Assembly: GCF_963676685.1 (NCBI RefSeq)
Contig: NC_092357.1
Coordinates: 48,918,001-48,982,000, forward strand
From: Mytilus edulis
Taxonomy: Eukaryota
Direction of reading: 5' to 3'
Length of the DNA: 64,000 nt
Under the pieces are notes generated by a model. That model made no database searches and had not been told where the DNA came from. It saw only the letters and a program-made list of their open reading frames with translations. Positions 11,807-25,820 of the stretch are shown piece by piece (the stretch's first letter is position 1; each line of letters begins with the position of its first letter). A program made the translations under genes and the position numbers.

Positions 11807-12252
11807 TAGAATCATATTCAAAACAGTGTAGCTGTGGCCATTGATTGACAACCTTAAATTATCCCATTGACTGGGGCAGATTAGGTGAACGTGTGTCCGT
11901 AACGACAACTGCTCACTACTTACTTATTATAGATTTTAAACTGTGGGGTCACCAAAGGTTTTTAACGCCTTTAATATTAAAATAATTCGAAAAATTAATC
12001 AGGAATAACTTTATGTTTTGATTTATATTATTGATATAAATCAAAACATCGTATTATTCCTGATTAGTTTTTCTAATTTCTATATTTAGGTGTTGAGAAC
12101 CTTTTGTGACCCCACAGTTTAAGTGCCTTTCACAAGTACATAGTGAGCAGCGGTTGTTACAGACCAACGTTCACCTAATCTGCCCCAGTCAATGGGATAA
12201 ATTGAGGTCGTCAATCAATGGCCACAGCTACACTGTTTTGAATATGATTCTA
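11807..12252. mobile_element. Fold-back MITE (about 445 bp near-complete palindrome)
   Basis: TAGAATCATATTCAAAACAGTGTAGCTGTGGCC... and its reverse complement at the end; related copy at 43936-44382. Confidence 0.88.
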
Positions 12253-13030
12253 TTTTTAGATTATTGACCCTTTCAATTGTTTAAGTATATATCAACACCT
12301 AAAACTATATCCAGAAGAATCTCCCAATGGTAATGAGCAGATAGTTAATTAAATTAATTAGTTTTGATGTCGGACATTTGTCAATGAGACAGCAACATGA
12401 CGACATCTTGAAAGAAAAATTCAGTCTAATACTAACAATGGCCACTGTCCTTTCCTCGATCTTGATATATATATCATTAACGGAAAGCTGAATACTAAAA
12501 TTTATGATAAAAGAGATGATTTCTCATTTCCTATCGTTAATTATCCTTTTTTAGATGGAGACGTTCCCTTGTCACCATTTTACGGTGTTTATATATCTTA
12601 ACTTGTACGATTCGCTCGTGTATGTAACAATGGTTTAGATTTTACCGAGAGAAATTTATGTATTACTGAAAAATTATTACTTCAGGGTTTTCGATATCAC
12701 AAACTAGTCAAAACATTTACTAAATTTTATCATCGGTATAAGGACATCATTCGTAAATATAGCTCAACATGCAGACTTCTAATATGTTCAGGTATTTCAC
12801 ATCCAATATTTTATGGAAATATTCTTTATAAAGCACAAAAATGTCAATATTCACCTCAGAAGCTAACAAAACCTTTAAATAGACTTATTAAGAAGGGATA
12901 TAGTTACGATACCGTTGTCAGGTCATTAAAGATTGCATATTTTGGCGTTAATATTGATTCACTTATAGAATCTTTGCATCGGAACTAAACACATTTATTA
13001 TTAATAAACCAGTTGTTGGCATGACACGGG

Positions 13031-13119
13031 TTATGTTCTTCTCATATATGTTATGATGGTATGATATTAAACCCCTCACGGGGAGGATTGTGCCTGATAT
13101 TCATATGATGAAGACATAA
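13031..13119 (+). promoter_or_regulatory. SECIS element, second copy
   Basis: ATGAT-GGTATGAT-ATT-AAA-CCCCTCACGGGG-AGG-ATTGTGCC-TGAT. Confidence 0.82.
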
Positions 13120-13303
13120 TTTTTCAATCAGTTTAATTGAAGTCTGGAGCTGGCATGTCAGTTAACTGCTAGTAGTCTGATGTTATTTATGTATTATTGT
13201 CATTCTGTTTATTTTTTTTGGTTACATCTTCTGACATCAGACTCGGACTTCTCTTGAACTGAATTTTAATGTGCGTATTGTTATGAGTTTACTTTTCTGC
13301 ATT

Positions 13304-13394
13304 GGCTAGAGGTATAGGGGAGGGTTGAGATCTCATAAACATGTTTAACCCCGCCGCATTTTTGCGCCTTCTCCCGAGTCAGGAGCCTCTGGCC
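13304..13394 (+). ncRNA. Degenerate copy of twister-like fold
   Basis: Same as 4906-4996 but CCTGTCCCAAG mutated to CCTTCTCCCGAG and one G lost. Confidence 0.6.
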
Positions 13395-16309
13395 TTTGTT
13401 AGTCTTGTATTATGTTAACTTTTAGTTTCTTGTGTACAATTTGGAGTTTAGTATGGCGTTCATTTTCACTGAACTAGTATATATTTGTTTAGGGGCCAGC
13501 TGAAGGACGCATCCGGGTGCGGGAATTTATCGTTGCACTGAAGACCTGTTGGTGACCTTCTGCTATCATCCGATAGTGCTTTATACTACTACAAATTTCA
13601 GGAATAATAGGTACCTACATACTGTTTTATTCATTCCTTATAGAAAATAGGAAAATTAAAAACAAATCAATGTCAAGTAAAATGATAAAAAAAAATAAAG
13701 ATTTGAACTGTTGTAAAACCTAGGATTGTATAGCATATATTATAAAAACCCTTGTTAAAACCAATGATTTTCTTCATCTTACCTTAACCCGAAACATCTA
13801 CTCCAATAACTATTACAGATCTATTTTGGAAACATACAAAAAATAATATTGTTTTTTATTTGCATTTATTTTCATATACCATTATAGTAATTGAAAACCA
13901 ATGCAAAAATATTCAAAGATGAAACATACAAGTGTGTTTTTTTTATATTTGACACCTTCCAAATCAATTCATTGCTTTTGAGAGGTGAAATGTGATTTAA
14001 AGTGATTATAGATAGCATTGTGATAAACTTATTAAAACTATAAAAAAAAAGCATTATGGTAGACTAAATTCTTTACAAAAGTTTTGTTATTTCTTTTTTT
14101 GAGAAAACATAGAGATATATACTTCGAAATAAGAAAATCCTGATTTTGAAAAACCATCTGGTATTCAGAATTATCAATTAAATGAACCATGGTCAAAGCT
14201 ACAGATTTGCTTTTCAAGTATATTTCTAGATGTGATTTACTCTAATTTTTAGCAGTTGAAAATCTAAACTTTAACGGTGACCTATAGTTGTTAATTTCTG
14301 TGTCATTTTGGTCTTTTGTGGATAGTTGTCTCAATGGCAATCATACCACATCTTCTTTTTTATATTTAAGAACTTTATAGAAAATAAAAATCCAAAAGTT
14401 TAATTCCAAACCGGAAACATCTCTCATCTGAATTGATACAGACTAAGGTCGATTATGTACTACACAAAACGTATGATAACCTTCCGAAAGGTGTAAACAT
14501 TTACTTGGCTGTTGTTATTTGGTCTAATTAGGCAATAAAAAGAAATAACCCAAAAATCAAAAAATCAAATTAATCCTCTTGCTGAATCTGTTTCCCACGT
14601 CTGCTCGATCACCGCTTACCATAAGCATGAAAAAAATTAAAAAGCAACAGCAGAACAATCATCCAAAAAAGAAAAAGGCGAATGTAGGGGTATGTGGTAG
14701 GGTTTGAGTAAGTTTCCTTATCGAACGTTAAATCTTTTTAAACGTGAAGTATGATAGTGACGTTACACAGTGAAAAGGTCACAAACACGTACAAGATTAA
14801 GAATACGGAAGCAGAGGGTCTCGAGAACAAATACGGAATTTAAACTTTTATTAAATCTGTATTATAAGTAAACTTATAAACATCATTATTTAATTATTGT
14901 ATTTTTGTCATGAAGCCAACAGTTTTATTAGTCAATATTCAGCCTTTTAAAAGTGTAATTTGCTATAAATGTTGCAAATCATATATTGCCTAGCCATACC
15001 CATTTACATAGATAAATGCACTGCAAATGTGCCTTTCGTGCATTGCATACATTAACTCGGAAATGGCGTTCTGGTTTTTTTTAACCCATACGACTTCTGA
15101 GAGCGTTTGCTATATCTTTTGGTCCCTGTCGTCTGTTTTATGCTTCCGTCTTTGTGTTAATCTTTATACATCGCCGCAGAGTTTTTGTTGTTGTAAAGAT
15201 GTCAATTAGGACTGTAAATTTTGACGTTTGTTATTATCAGGATTACATTTCATTGTTCAAAGCTTTCATAATTGTGATGAGTAACAATGGTAAATGTACT
15301 ATATATGTACACCAGAGGAAAATCTTATAATAAAGGATTTGTAGACACACAAAATATATATTTATATCGGTAAATGTTATACCAAAGACGAATATATATA
15401 TATCGAGTTTTCTGCATTGATACTGTTTATTATCATCCGCATTCCACAATAAAAAAAATTCTTCGGTAAAAGCAGAGAACAAACGAAAAACTTCCAATTG
15501 TATCGAACGGCTGATATTTTGCTATATCTACATCCAGAATACCAGATAAACTGATTATCGTACCTTTTTTGTTTTTTTTCCTTCTTAGAAAGTTTTATGC
15601 TAGATTTTCCTAACGAAAGTAAGATTGACAATATTTCCTCTCATATTTTGTGTCGCTGAAAAATTGGGACGTCGCATATACATACAATGACAATAATCAA
15701 TTTATTTTATATGTATCTGACAACGTCTATGCAAAAGGTGATTTAATTATAACACAGTAACACAATGTTCATTGAATTTGCTTCATGTATCATTTATACA
15801 ATATCATAACCTTTAATTTCAATATATTGTAGTGTTTGATATATAATGGACCAGTACTAATAAATTATATCATGCTTTTAGCACAATTTTCTGAATATTG
15901 TTTATTGGTTCCAAAGAAGTTGTGTTTGACGCTAAAGACATACTGAGGTCGAGAGGTGTATCATTGACCGCTAATGTTGAATATTTCACTATCATTTAGG
16001 TATCTGTTAAAAGAAGGACATCCAAATCTATATATGTAATCGAGTAAGATTTTTATAGAAAGCATCTTATCATAATCAGCAACAGGTTTTTTTTCTACCT
16101 TGTATACCACTATATTCCCCATAAAATCAACTATTTTGTTTATAGTGAACACAACCCTAAATCATGCTTCATAGAGGACCAAGTAATCAGCAAGCTGAAA
16201 TTTCTTATTGACAAAATGTTTTTTTTGGAATTTGGGGGTAGACTTTACCTTCAAAACCTTTGTCAATCAGACTTGTCAGAGAGACTATATATATGTACTC
16301 ACAAACATG

Positions 16310-16680
16310 TATTGAGTTAAGCCTGCCAATTGATATGTTATAGTGTGTCTTTCTATGTTGTGATGTTATACTACTGTTTCAGAAAAGGGAGAAGGTTTGG
16401 AACCATTGAAACGTTTAATCATGCTGCAAATGTTTGCACCTATCTTAGGTCAGGAATCTGATGTCCAGTGGTTGTAGTCTGTTTATGATGTTCATAAGTG
16501 TTTCTCGTTTTTCGTTTTTATATAGATTAAATCGTTTGTTTTCCCGTTTGAATGGTTTTACACTATTAATTTTTGGCGTCCTTTATAGCTTGCTGTTCGG
16601 TGTGAGCCAAGGCTCCGTGTTGAATGCCGTACCTTGACCTATAACTGTTTACTTTTATAAACTGTTACTTGAATGGATTG
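16310..16680 (+). repeat. Dispersed PLE-UTR-like repeat with twister-like module (16379-16461)
   Basis: TCAGA..GGGAGAAGG..AAACGTTTAATC..GCAAA/TTTGC..GTCAGG..TCTGA; related minus copy at about 47560-47720. Confidence 0.6.
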
Positions 16681-18679
16681 ACTTTTTGTTCCTATCAAAG
16701 ATGATTTATTTATTATTTTGGAATACGGTATCTATGTTTTGTTATCATTGTTGAAGGTCGAACGGTAGTTTGTGGTTTTTGGCATCCATTGGTTTGGTTT
16801 TGATTGACAGTTGGAACATTATCAACCACATCAAAGCTCCTAACTGAATATTATTAACAACATAAATGACGTCATAATTTGATTTTTTTCTGAATATATA
16901 AACAATGTTATTTAGTGCAAAATGGTGTTGCAAAACGTTATAGGACCTGCTTTTGTAATAGCAGGAAAACCAATTGCATCTACATTTCAAGTGAAGTTCT
17001 CACCGATAAGCACCAAAAGAGAAACACACTGTATATTCATATCAAGGAATCCTGCAAAACGGACACCTAACAACTATCCCATCATGTATCAATATAATTG
17101 ACTGACAGCTTATTGTAGTTAATTCATGCATTTCATGTTGACCAATGAACCATGACAATAATGTAAAAATCAGATAAATCCTGCCCAGATTGATCACCTA
17201 ACAATCATATCATACACCAAATATAATTGACCAAGTGCCAAGAATATATTGGAAACAACATTTACACGAACAATTAACACGACCAATGAGCCAAACAAAG
17301 GTTACGGTCACTTTTACCCTACCAGATAGAAATTAACATCTTACAACCATTCAATACACATAATATATTTGAATTATTGCAGTTACTAGAAGCATCAAAA
17401 TGCTGACTGATGAACCATGAATATGAGGTCATAGTCAGATGAACCCTGCCAAACAGACATCAACATAACAGAATCATGCAATTCATCAAAAGACCTTCTT
17501 ATTTGTATATTGTATAAGACCAGAATTTTAAACTTCAAACAAAAGCTAAGCACTCCTGTTTAAACTATTAGAAAGCTAAAATTGAAAACAAGTACACATC
17601 AAATGTTCATATTTTTCAATAAATAAACTATTGAAGAAAAAAAATTAAGCAAGAGCATCAACAAAATACACTATAGAATAGAGAGCAGAAGAGATTTTGT
17701 TGGATTAACAGGATTTTGGTTTATTGTTTGGCAGCCACGTGCACATTATGTGTTTAATACGAACTTCTAACATGACCTGCTTCTTCTGCTTTGTAAACAA
17801 CAGCGCGATGAAATTCTCGATATATCAAGAGATTACATATTGATGGCTGTTACTTTTAACTGCCATGTTAATTCACATGTGTCGTAACCTATGTGCAAAC
17901 ACTATGTCGATTTCGTTGTGTTAAAAAAAAAGAAACAACAGAACCTAGTATTCCTATTCTTATGCATAATTAAAAGAATTAATGTACAAGAGCTTTAAAA
18001 ATGTATCAAATAAAATAACAAAATTAAATGCTACAGTTACATGACGTCATACGAATAAAGACTCTCGAATCGAAGGTTTTCCGTTAAGTATACGCCCTTA
18101 ATTCGGATAATATTGTATTAAAATTAAGTTTTTATTGCATTATTTGCACATTTGTGGATTTTAGCAAGTCAGCATGGTGGCGCACTCATTAGTTAAGACA
18201 TGTCAGCTGTGGGTTTGACAGTAAAAAATAGCCGACGAAAAAAATGTTTGGTTAAAAATTATAAGGATTGAATACATTTTTTTTCTACTGGTTATTTAAG
18301 AAATAATTCAAGCAAGACTCAGATTTATTTGAAATTTGTAGCATTTGTTTTACAGGATCTAAATTAGAACAGCAATACCCACTGCAATCTAAATTTCGAT
18401 TCAGTTTTTAAATTACAGTTTTGTCGTATTAAAATCGAAATAATTCATGGAAGTAATAGATTTGTTGGACATTAACACATGGCCTGTGCCGTGTGTAAAT
18501 GTCAAACAAATATATTACTTCCGTTAATTATTTCTTAATTCTATAAGTAACATCTGCAAAGTTGGTCCATCTTTATTTTAACAACTGCTGAAGAATCCAT
18601 CATTATTTATTTGAAAATGCGTGACAACAAGACTCATCAAAAAAGTTCATGTAATGAATCTTTAACGCGTAGGAAGTAT

Positions 18680-18895
18680 AAAGTAAAATCGGAAAAATAC
18701 TGAACTCCGAGGAAATTTTAATCGGAAAGTCCCTAATCACATGGAAAAATGAAGTGACAGAACACATCAAACGAATGTACAACAACTGTTATATTCCTGA
18801 CTTGGTAAAGGCATTTTCAAATGTAGAAAATGGTAGATTGAACCTGGTTTTATAGTGCTAAACCTCTCACTTGTACGACAGTCTCATCAAATTTT
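18680..18895 (-). repeat. Dispersed PLE-UTR-like repeat with twister-like module (18786-18881)
   Basis: Same family at 34370-34575 (+), 38100-38315 (-), 45080-45175 (+), 46645-46885 (-). Confidence 0.7.
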
Positions 18896-19619
18896 ACTCA
18901 CAAGCCGCATTGGAATTAACTTCCTTATGTGGTCGAACGTAAACTAAAGTTTGTAATATGCCTATTGATTTATCCTTTGATCTTCGGGGGAGTTTGCTTA
19001 CTGTGAAAGCCAGTAACATGGTATGCGCGTTCATCGACAACGACTTTGCAGATTCTCTTCAATGTTTTGTGGATAGGGAATACTTTTTAATGACAAATAA
19101 ACCTTTCTCATCTCAATAATATTCATTGCAAATCTCACGCCAACAAATTTATTTACATATGTATCTGAAATATATATCCCTGTTAATACCACTATTTAAC
19201 TGTTTGCGTAATATGAAAATCTGACTGTTTTGATGTAACATAATTTAAGAGAGCTATTATTTAATTACCGAATGGTAACCATAAATAAAGGAGGGAAGGT
19301 CAATCATTTTTGTGCCTCTCACTCTCGGGATTAGAGTAGGATTCATCCTGTTTCCAAACCAAGAAAAGAATTTGATGGTTTTGTATGTATATAACTCTGC
19401 ATAGAGTCATAAAGGTTGGAACTATAGAAAACACTACAAAAAGGAGAAACTGGTACAAATTTTCAATGTCCGTGTCGGCCACAAATATCCTATCTAACAA
19501 ATCTTTATTAAACGGTTCCAACTTTTTGCACTTGCTTTTATGCGCTGATTTAAGTTGTTATACCTATACATTTTTATTATGTAGTTAGTCACCATTTCGC
19601 TCTTAATATATATAGTCGT

Positions 19620-19830
19620 TTTTATAAATATACTGTTTGCAAAAGTATGTATTATTCTAAATAGTAAAGAATTTCTTATCCCAGGCAGATAACCTTGTCC
19701 ATGTTTGGCACAATTTTTGAGGGTTTCGGTCACCAATGCGTTTATCTCTGTTAGGCTTTATTTGCTGGTTTGACCCCTGGGTGTCGCTAATAGGTCTTGT
19801 ATGGACGAGGCGCGTGTCTGGCTTGTAAAG
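19620..19830 (+). repeat. Degenerate retrozyme fragment
   Basis: CCAGGCAGATAACCTT..TTTGGCACAA..GGACGAGGCGCGTGTCTGGC is similar to 48737-49343. Confidence 0.6.
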
Positions 19831-21801
19831 TTATATGATCTATTGTATTGTTTTTTCGTATGTTTCTCTGTCTTGTATGTTCTTTCATTTATTTGTATTG
19901 TAGTCATGTCATGTAATATTGTCATTTTGATGTTTAATTTAACATTGCCCTAACAGCAGAAAGTTTGGCTAACCACAAAACTAGGTTCAACCAGCCTTTT
20001 TGTCCTTAAAATGTCCTGTACCAAGTCAGGCAAACGACCATTGTTATCTTATAGTTCGTTTCTTTGTGTGTTGCATTTCAGTGTTTATGTTGTGTCGTTG
20101 TTCTCCTCTTATGTTTGATGTGTTTTAGTTTTCTTTAGTGTGTAACCCGGATTTGTTTTTTCTCAATCAATTTAGGAATTTCGAACAGCGGGATACTACT
20201 GTTTCCTTTCTTTGCACAAATACAAATATCCTTCGGCACCGGGATCTGTATCCCATTAATACAATTTTAAATAATATTGACAGTAAACGCTTAAAAAAAT
20301 CAATTATTTTTAATTACATAAAATACAAAAAAAAATATGGATAAGCATATTATGCAGAAAACGGTACGTTCTGATATGTATGATATAAGTAAAATAATTG
20401 TTAAATGTTTGTAAATGATAAGTAAAAAGCCTGAATAATGAACTTTAAGCAGTTTAGATATAAGATGACTTGTGTATAACGTTCAAATTCTTTAAGGTTA
20501 CAATGACTAATCGGTATACTTTTATTAGTATTATACTGTACATGATAGATTGAATTACTGTCGATGTTTTTCATTACTAGAGTTTAAAAACATTAGCGAT
20601 AAAATCCGTAAATATAACTTTGAAATCATTCTTAAGTGATAGCTTGATTTTTTTCAGGTGATAGTTCGTTGGGCACTTTGAAGTATCTGTATTAATATCA
20701 ATATATTAGTGCAGGCAATGTAAAATTTGCCTGTGCATATACATAATAGTAATAACTCTCTCAAGCTTGTCATGGTTTACTTTTATAAATTGTTATTTTG
20801 ATGGAGAGTTGTCTCATTGGCACTCATACCACATCTTCCTATATCTATTGTCATACCTTAATTATTAAATAGAAAGTCGCTTGTAAACTAGGATATGTGC
20901 TGTGTCTTAATGGATATGATACATATGTGTGTCTCTACTCGTTCGCGACATGATTGCACTATCATTGGCATATAAATACCAAATTACTCGTGTAATCTGT
21001 AATTTTTACCCCTTTTGTATTGTTCTCAATTGTGACGTTTTAAGCTAATAGTGGATTACATGGCGGGTGGTGCATATCTGTCGGCGCATCCGGCCTTGCT
21101 TCTTTAAGATTGTGCAACTTCCTCATTTGTTTGTTTTATATCATGATTTGCCTGTAATCGATTTGTTACATTTGAAAATAGACAAACTACTGTTGCCTAT
21201 ATGTATCTTCTTCCTAATCGATATATTCGGTATATTTTTTTGTTTAAAGACAAACATTCATATATTTACTTTTAAACACTGGAACATCTCGATGCACTCT
21301 GCATTATAGATCGTACACCAAGATTTCTAACATAAATGACTAAATGGATTTTCTTTTACTCGTATTTTTAAAACAAATAGTGCTTAATTCAATTATTATA
21401 CACTGATTTATAGCTTTTCTCTTTTAAATGGTGAATAAGGTGCCTCGTTTTTATGAATATTAATCATGCGTTTGAACATCTTTCAACTGTTATTCCAAGC
21501 TCCACGGACACAATGAAGCCTCCATTTTTGCTATCACAATTACACTATCCATTAAATTTTTGCATATTTTGGTTATTGAAATTTTTAATATCGATATGTT
21601 AACTTAGAAACTTAAACGATGCTTAAAAAAATTCTGCAAATAAGTATGTTCTCAATGTTATGTAAATGAATAGTATAAAAGCTACCATGCAACATAAATA
21701 AAGGTACAAATATTTTGCGGCATAATTTGTTTTAAAACGTGACAAAACAAGTCATGTCAGATAATCCTTTTTAAGTATCATCCTTTTGTCACCTTGTTAT
21801 A

Positions 21802-24800
21802 TTAAAACGATTTGAATTTGTTCCTGGCGTTTTGGAGACAAGGGTTATTTTCATATTTTTCAAAAGCCGTCTGAATATAATGTATTTTTAATTCCTGTAA
21901 ACTACTACGTTCTGTGAGAATGTGCACTAAATAACGAGTGTCATGCAATATTTCTATGAACTCTGATTCATCTCGGCTTGTTTCTACTTTCAACATATCT
22001 ACTAATGATCCTTTCTGTTTTAAAAAAACCAATTTGATATTTTCCTTGCCTGGAATTATTTGTTTATCTTTAATTGGAAAAGCAATAATACTTTTGTTAC
22101 ATTTTCTGAAATCCAAAAAATCATCATAATTTTCTCTTCCCACGGTTTCTCCACAAAAGCAATGCTGCACAATATCTTCAAATATGTAACTTAATCCACG
22201 CATATCTCTCGGCAAATCTGCTTTCAAATCTTTTTGACATTTTGCTAGAGACAATAAAAACTCGAATGAGCAATCTAGGTCAATGATTCTAACTTTTTTA
22301 AGGAAAATTGCGACTTTGCACTGTCGTCCTAATTCGCAGGCAGTTTTAAATGCTTTTGAACAGTTCAGTTGTTCGTGTTTAAATGTAGTAAGAAAGAAAT
22401 CAATAATATGTGTATAAAATGGGCTGTGTTCGACTGCAAGTTGAAGACATTCCGGTAATACACTAAGATATTTTGATTCATTAATCACCTCAATTATGGC
22501 TTTGATTAAATCCAAATTTTCATTTATAATCGCTGTCTTAAACATCTGCGTAGTAAAGCTTACATTCAATATGTTTTCAAATGAACGGATATTAAGCAAT
22601 TCTTTAAGCATACGAAACACTTTACCGTTTTCTAAAGAACTACTGAATATATATTGAAAGTCAATATTTTGTGATTTACACATCGCCATAAACTGACTTT
22701 TAAGTAAAGTGTCTTCATATGTGGACACAATCGAAAACGATTTCACATTAATATGCTTTTGTAGCGGTGCTAGTTGCAAAATCTTCAGTCCATGAACACC
22801 AATATTGCAGGCTTTCTCAAGAAGCACCTCAAAATCAGTCTTAAAAAGATTGTATGACCATCCTAATATTTTCAATAACGGAGTATCATAATCTTTATCG
22901 AAATGTTTAATGTCTTTCAAAATAGTTTTTCCAAACCAATCAATAATATAAATGTTATCATATAAACAAGCCTGAAGAACGGCTCTTTCGAAGTCTATAG
23001 GTTCAAATCTTCTTGAACACATCAACATTTCTGCCAGACAAATGGAGCCGATTTGAAACGAAAAGTCCAAAGCGTTCTTCAAGTCTAGTGACAAAGATAT
23101 ATCATTGGATATCAAATATTTCATTATATTTATATTTTCAGATCTAAGTGCGGCATCAAAAACGTTTTGCAGCAGAAAGTCATTTGAAGGCAACACTTCC
23201 ATTAAATATTGTGGTAATTTTATATCATCGTCCTCATTACTACAAGCTTCACATAACACCTGTTCAACGTTGAATAATTTACAACCATTTGGAATGTTAC
23301 TCCCGTGTTTATCTCCGTTATTGAAAATTATTTCAAATTTTTTCTCACTGAGTATACGTCGAAAAAGCCATGTAACAAGTTCTATATTATTTGCCCGACA
23401 AGCAATACTTAACAAAATGTTGAAACATTCAACTTCATCAAAATCGATTTCCGTTGTCTCAAGTGAAAACAATTTATTCATATAATTGAAAAGGAAAAAT
23501 GATTCTCGTGCTCGTCTAATAGCTAAACATAACCATTTTTTCTTAAATTGCATATTGCTATGTTTAAACATGAAGTATAACGTATTTATGTATCTGTCAA
23601 TATCCAATTGATTAAACACAGCTACCATGGATGACATAAGAGAAGCATTTGTACTACACTCGGATATGAGAAAGTCCCAAAGCAGTTCAATAACTTGCGT
23701 ACTGCCATATTTTGACAGATTAAGAACAACAAATCCTAGAAAATCATAGCATGCCGTTCTGGAACTAATTTCCAAACTATTATCTAGCATCTCTGCTTTG
23801 AACATTTCAAGAAATTGTAAATCTTTTACCATTTCACTTTTGGCTAGAGTACATTGAATGAAAACGAAATCAGTTTTTTGTATCATTAAATTTGCAAAAA
23901 GATTTATCAAGTTTTTGTAATATTTTACTGGTATCTTCAATACCACTTCTCCGGGTTTTTTAAAGTAAGTTTCAGGTTTTACTATTTCTGCGATGAATGA
24001 GGCACTAAAAGACTTCATTACGCCCAACATATCACAGCCACTGTATGATATCAGTACAGATTCCGATATAATTCTGTGCTGAAACGTGTAGGTATCATCA
24101 TTATATAGTAAATACAATGAAATTAATTCATTTGCCGCGTCAATGACATCATGTGTGGAAATGGAAGTCTCGCTTTCTCCATATACAGACTTCATTATTG
24201 CGTTTACTTTGTCCATATCAACTTTGAATGTTTCCAACTTGTCGTCATTTAAAAGGCAATACACCATGGTAACATACCTTATTTTGCAGGTTGATTTATT
24301 ATCAATATGCAAATATTCCGATCTGTATTTTCTACATGTTCTAAGGGTTTCAATTTCTTGCAAAAGTGACTCGGTAGGATGCTTGAAGAAATTTACACCA
24401 AGAGAACTATAATTCTCATTAGTAAAAAACAATCTACAATTCTCTGGGAAGCCTTGAACGCTATCAAATTCAACTATTTCATCTGTGTCTCTTTTATCAA
24501 GAAAAATGTTCTCACCTGATAGTCCTTCACTTATGCACTGATACGAAGTTAGTATAGCTTTTCGTTCAACTTTATTTAACATAAATTTTGTTGACAGATC
24601 AACAGTGAACATAGGAAACCAGAGTCCATTACTTTGCAGAATTTGTCCACAAGAAGATAGTATGAAACTTCGAATGGTTATTATGACTTTAACATTACCA
24701 CCGCGTGTACACACCTTAATATCATTTAATATACTTGCGTCGGTGTTATCGTTGAATACGTAGTTTGTTCTCCCAAAAATGTCCTCTAATAGTACACAAC

Positions 24801-25040
24801 ACTTAAAATCAGTTGAAACTAAAGAGGAAAATTCTTCAAAATTCGTTAGTTTTATAGGAAACGTCTGCCTCATTTCATGAAAATATCTCAGTAACTCTAA
24901 GGCAATTCTTGATTTTCCCGATCCAGCGTGACCAGTCAAGAACACAATATTGTGGGTTTCTAAAATTTTCTTTGCTTCTTTGGCACCTTTAGTTTCAACA
25001 AACGTATTGGTTTGAAGTGATATTTCATTTTTCAACTTTT
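21802..25040 (-). CDS. Exon 2 of HEPN-STAND gene: nSTAND3-like P-loop NTPase, winged helix and degenerate ankyrin-like helical repeats
   Basis: FVETKG, Walker A GHAGSGKS, Walker B VLLEDIFG, VIITIR, GFP, FQHRII; repeats AC..NNIELVTWL; acceptor TTTACAG at 25041-25047 in phase with exon 1. Confidence 0.88.
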
Positions 25041-25820
25041 CTGTAAATATAAAACTGTAATGATATAACAGGAAAACAGTTATTAAGATAACAAAAGATT
25101 TAAATTTTAACTAATTCTAATTATTGTTTATTAACATTGAAAGCTACATGAGTCAATAACTGGCTGCCAAAATAAAAAAAAAAAAACACCAAAACAAACA
25201 TTGTTACAACGGACAGTATTTTTAAAGATTTGACGAGCAAATACAAAACAAAAAATAAAATACCTTTGTTCTTGTTTCTTCTCATACCCACATCTATAAA
25301 ATTAAAGTGTCTTTGATAAATAAATGAGCACGAAAAGTAAGAATTATTGATGTTTTTGTTGTAAAATTGTTTTATTAGATATACCAATATAAGAGTAGGG
25401 CAATAGAAGGTCGATATTTGCACCTAAATTATTAACTAAGTAATTATCATAACCATTTGATGCACAAAAAATATGCAGTCTATACAAATACCAAAATTTA
25501 GTATTTTATTTTGTAATTATGTCATTGTGATGTCATGATTATTCACTTTGCAAATAATGTTTATAATTCTATTCAGAAATCATAATTTTGTATTATGTGA
25601 TTGTATACGTTTTATAACAAGTGAAAGCACCTAGAAACAACATATCATGTAACATCTTAAACATTTAAATATGACATTCAGTATAAATCTTTCCCTCACA
25701 ACTTTTCTCTTTTTTTCTATAGCATTTTCTTAATAGAAGTGACAGTTGTATGTGTTGTTGTTGCAGTAGTAGTAATATAGTGGAAGTTTTAGTAGGAGTA
25801 GAAGAATATAAAAAACATAC

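Larger units (their letters stand above)
12427..13564 (+). mobile_element. Second, heavily 5'-truncated copy of the same Naiad family (RT C-terminus + 3' UTR)
   Basis: Collinear with 4028-5164; CAA>TAA stop near 12600; ends GSLHRN-like then same UTR. Confidence 0.92.

Noticed and set aside
15243-15631. Possible decayed membrane-protein exon (also 19300-19560 and 1325-1460)
   Set aside because: Hydrophobic or exon-like, but no motif I can assign
21938-24412. Short plus-strand ORFs within the STAND exon (likewise 2416-2691, 52126-53589, 62506-62778)
   Set aside because: Antisense shadows of longer coding regions
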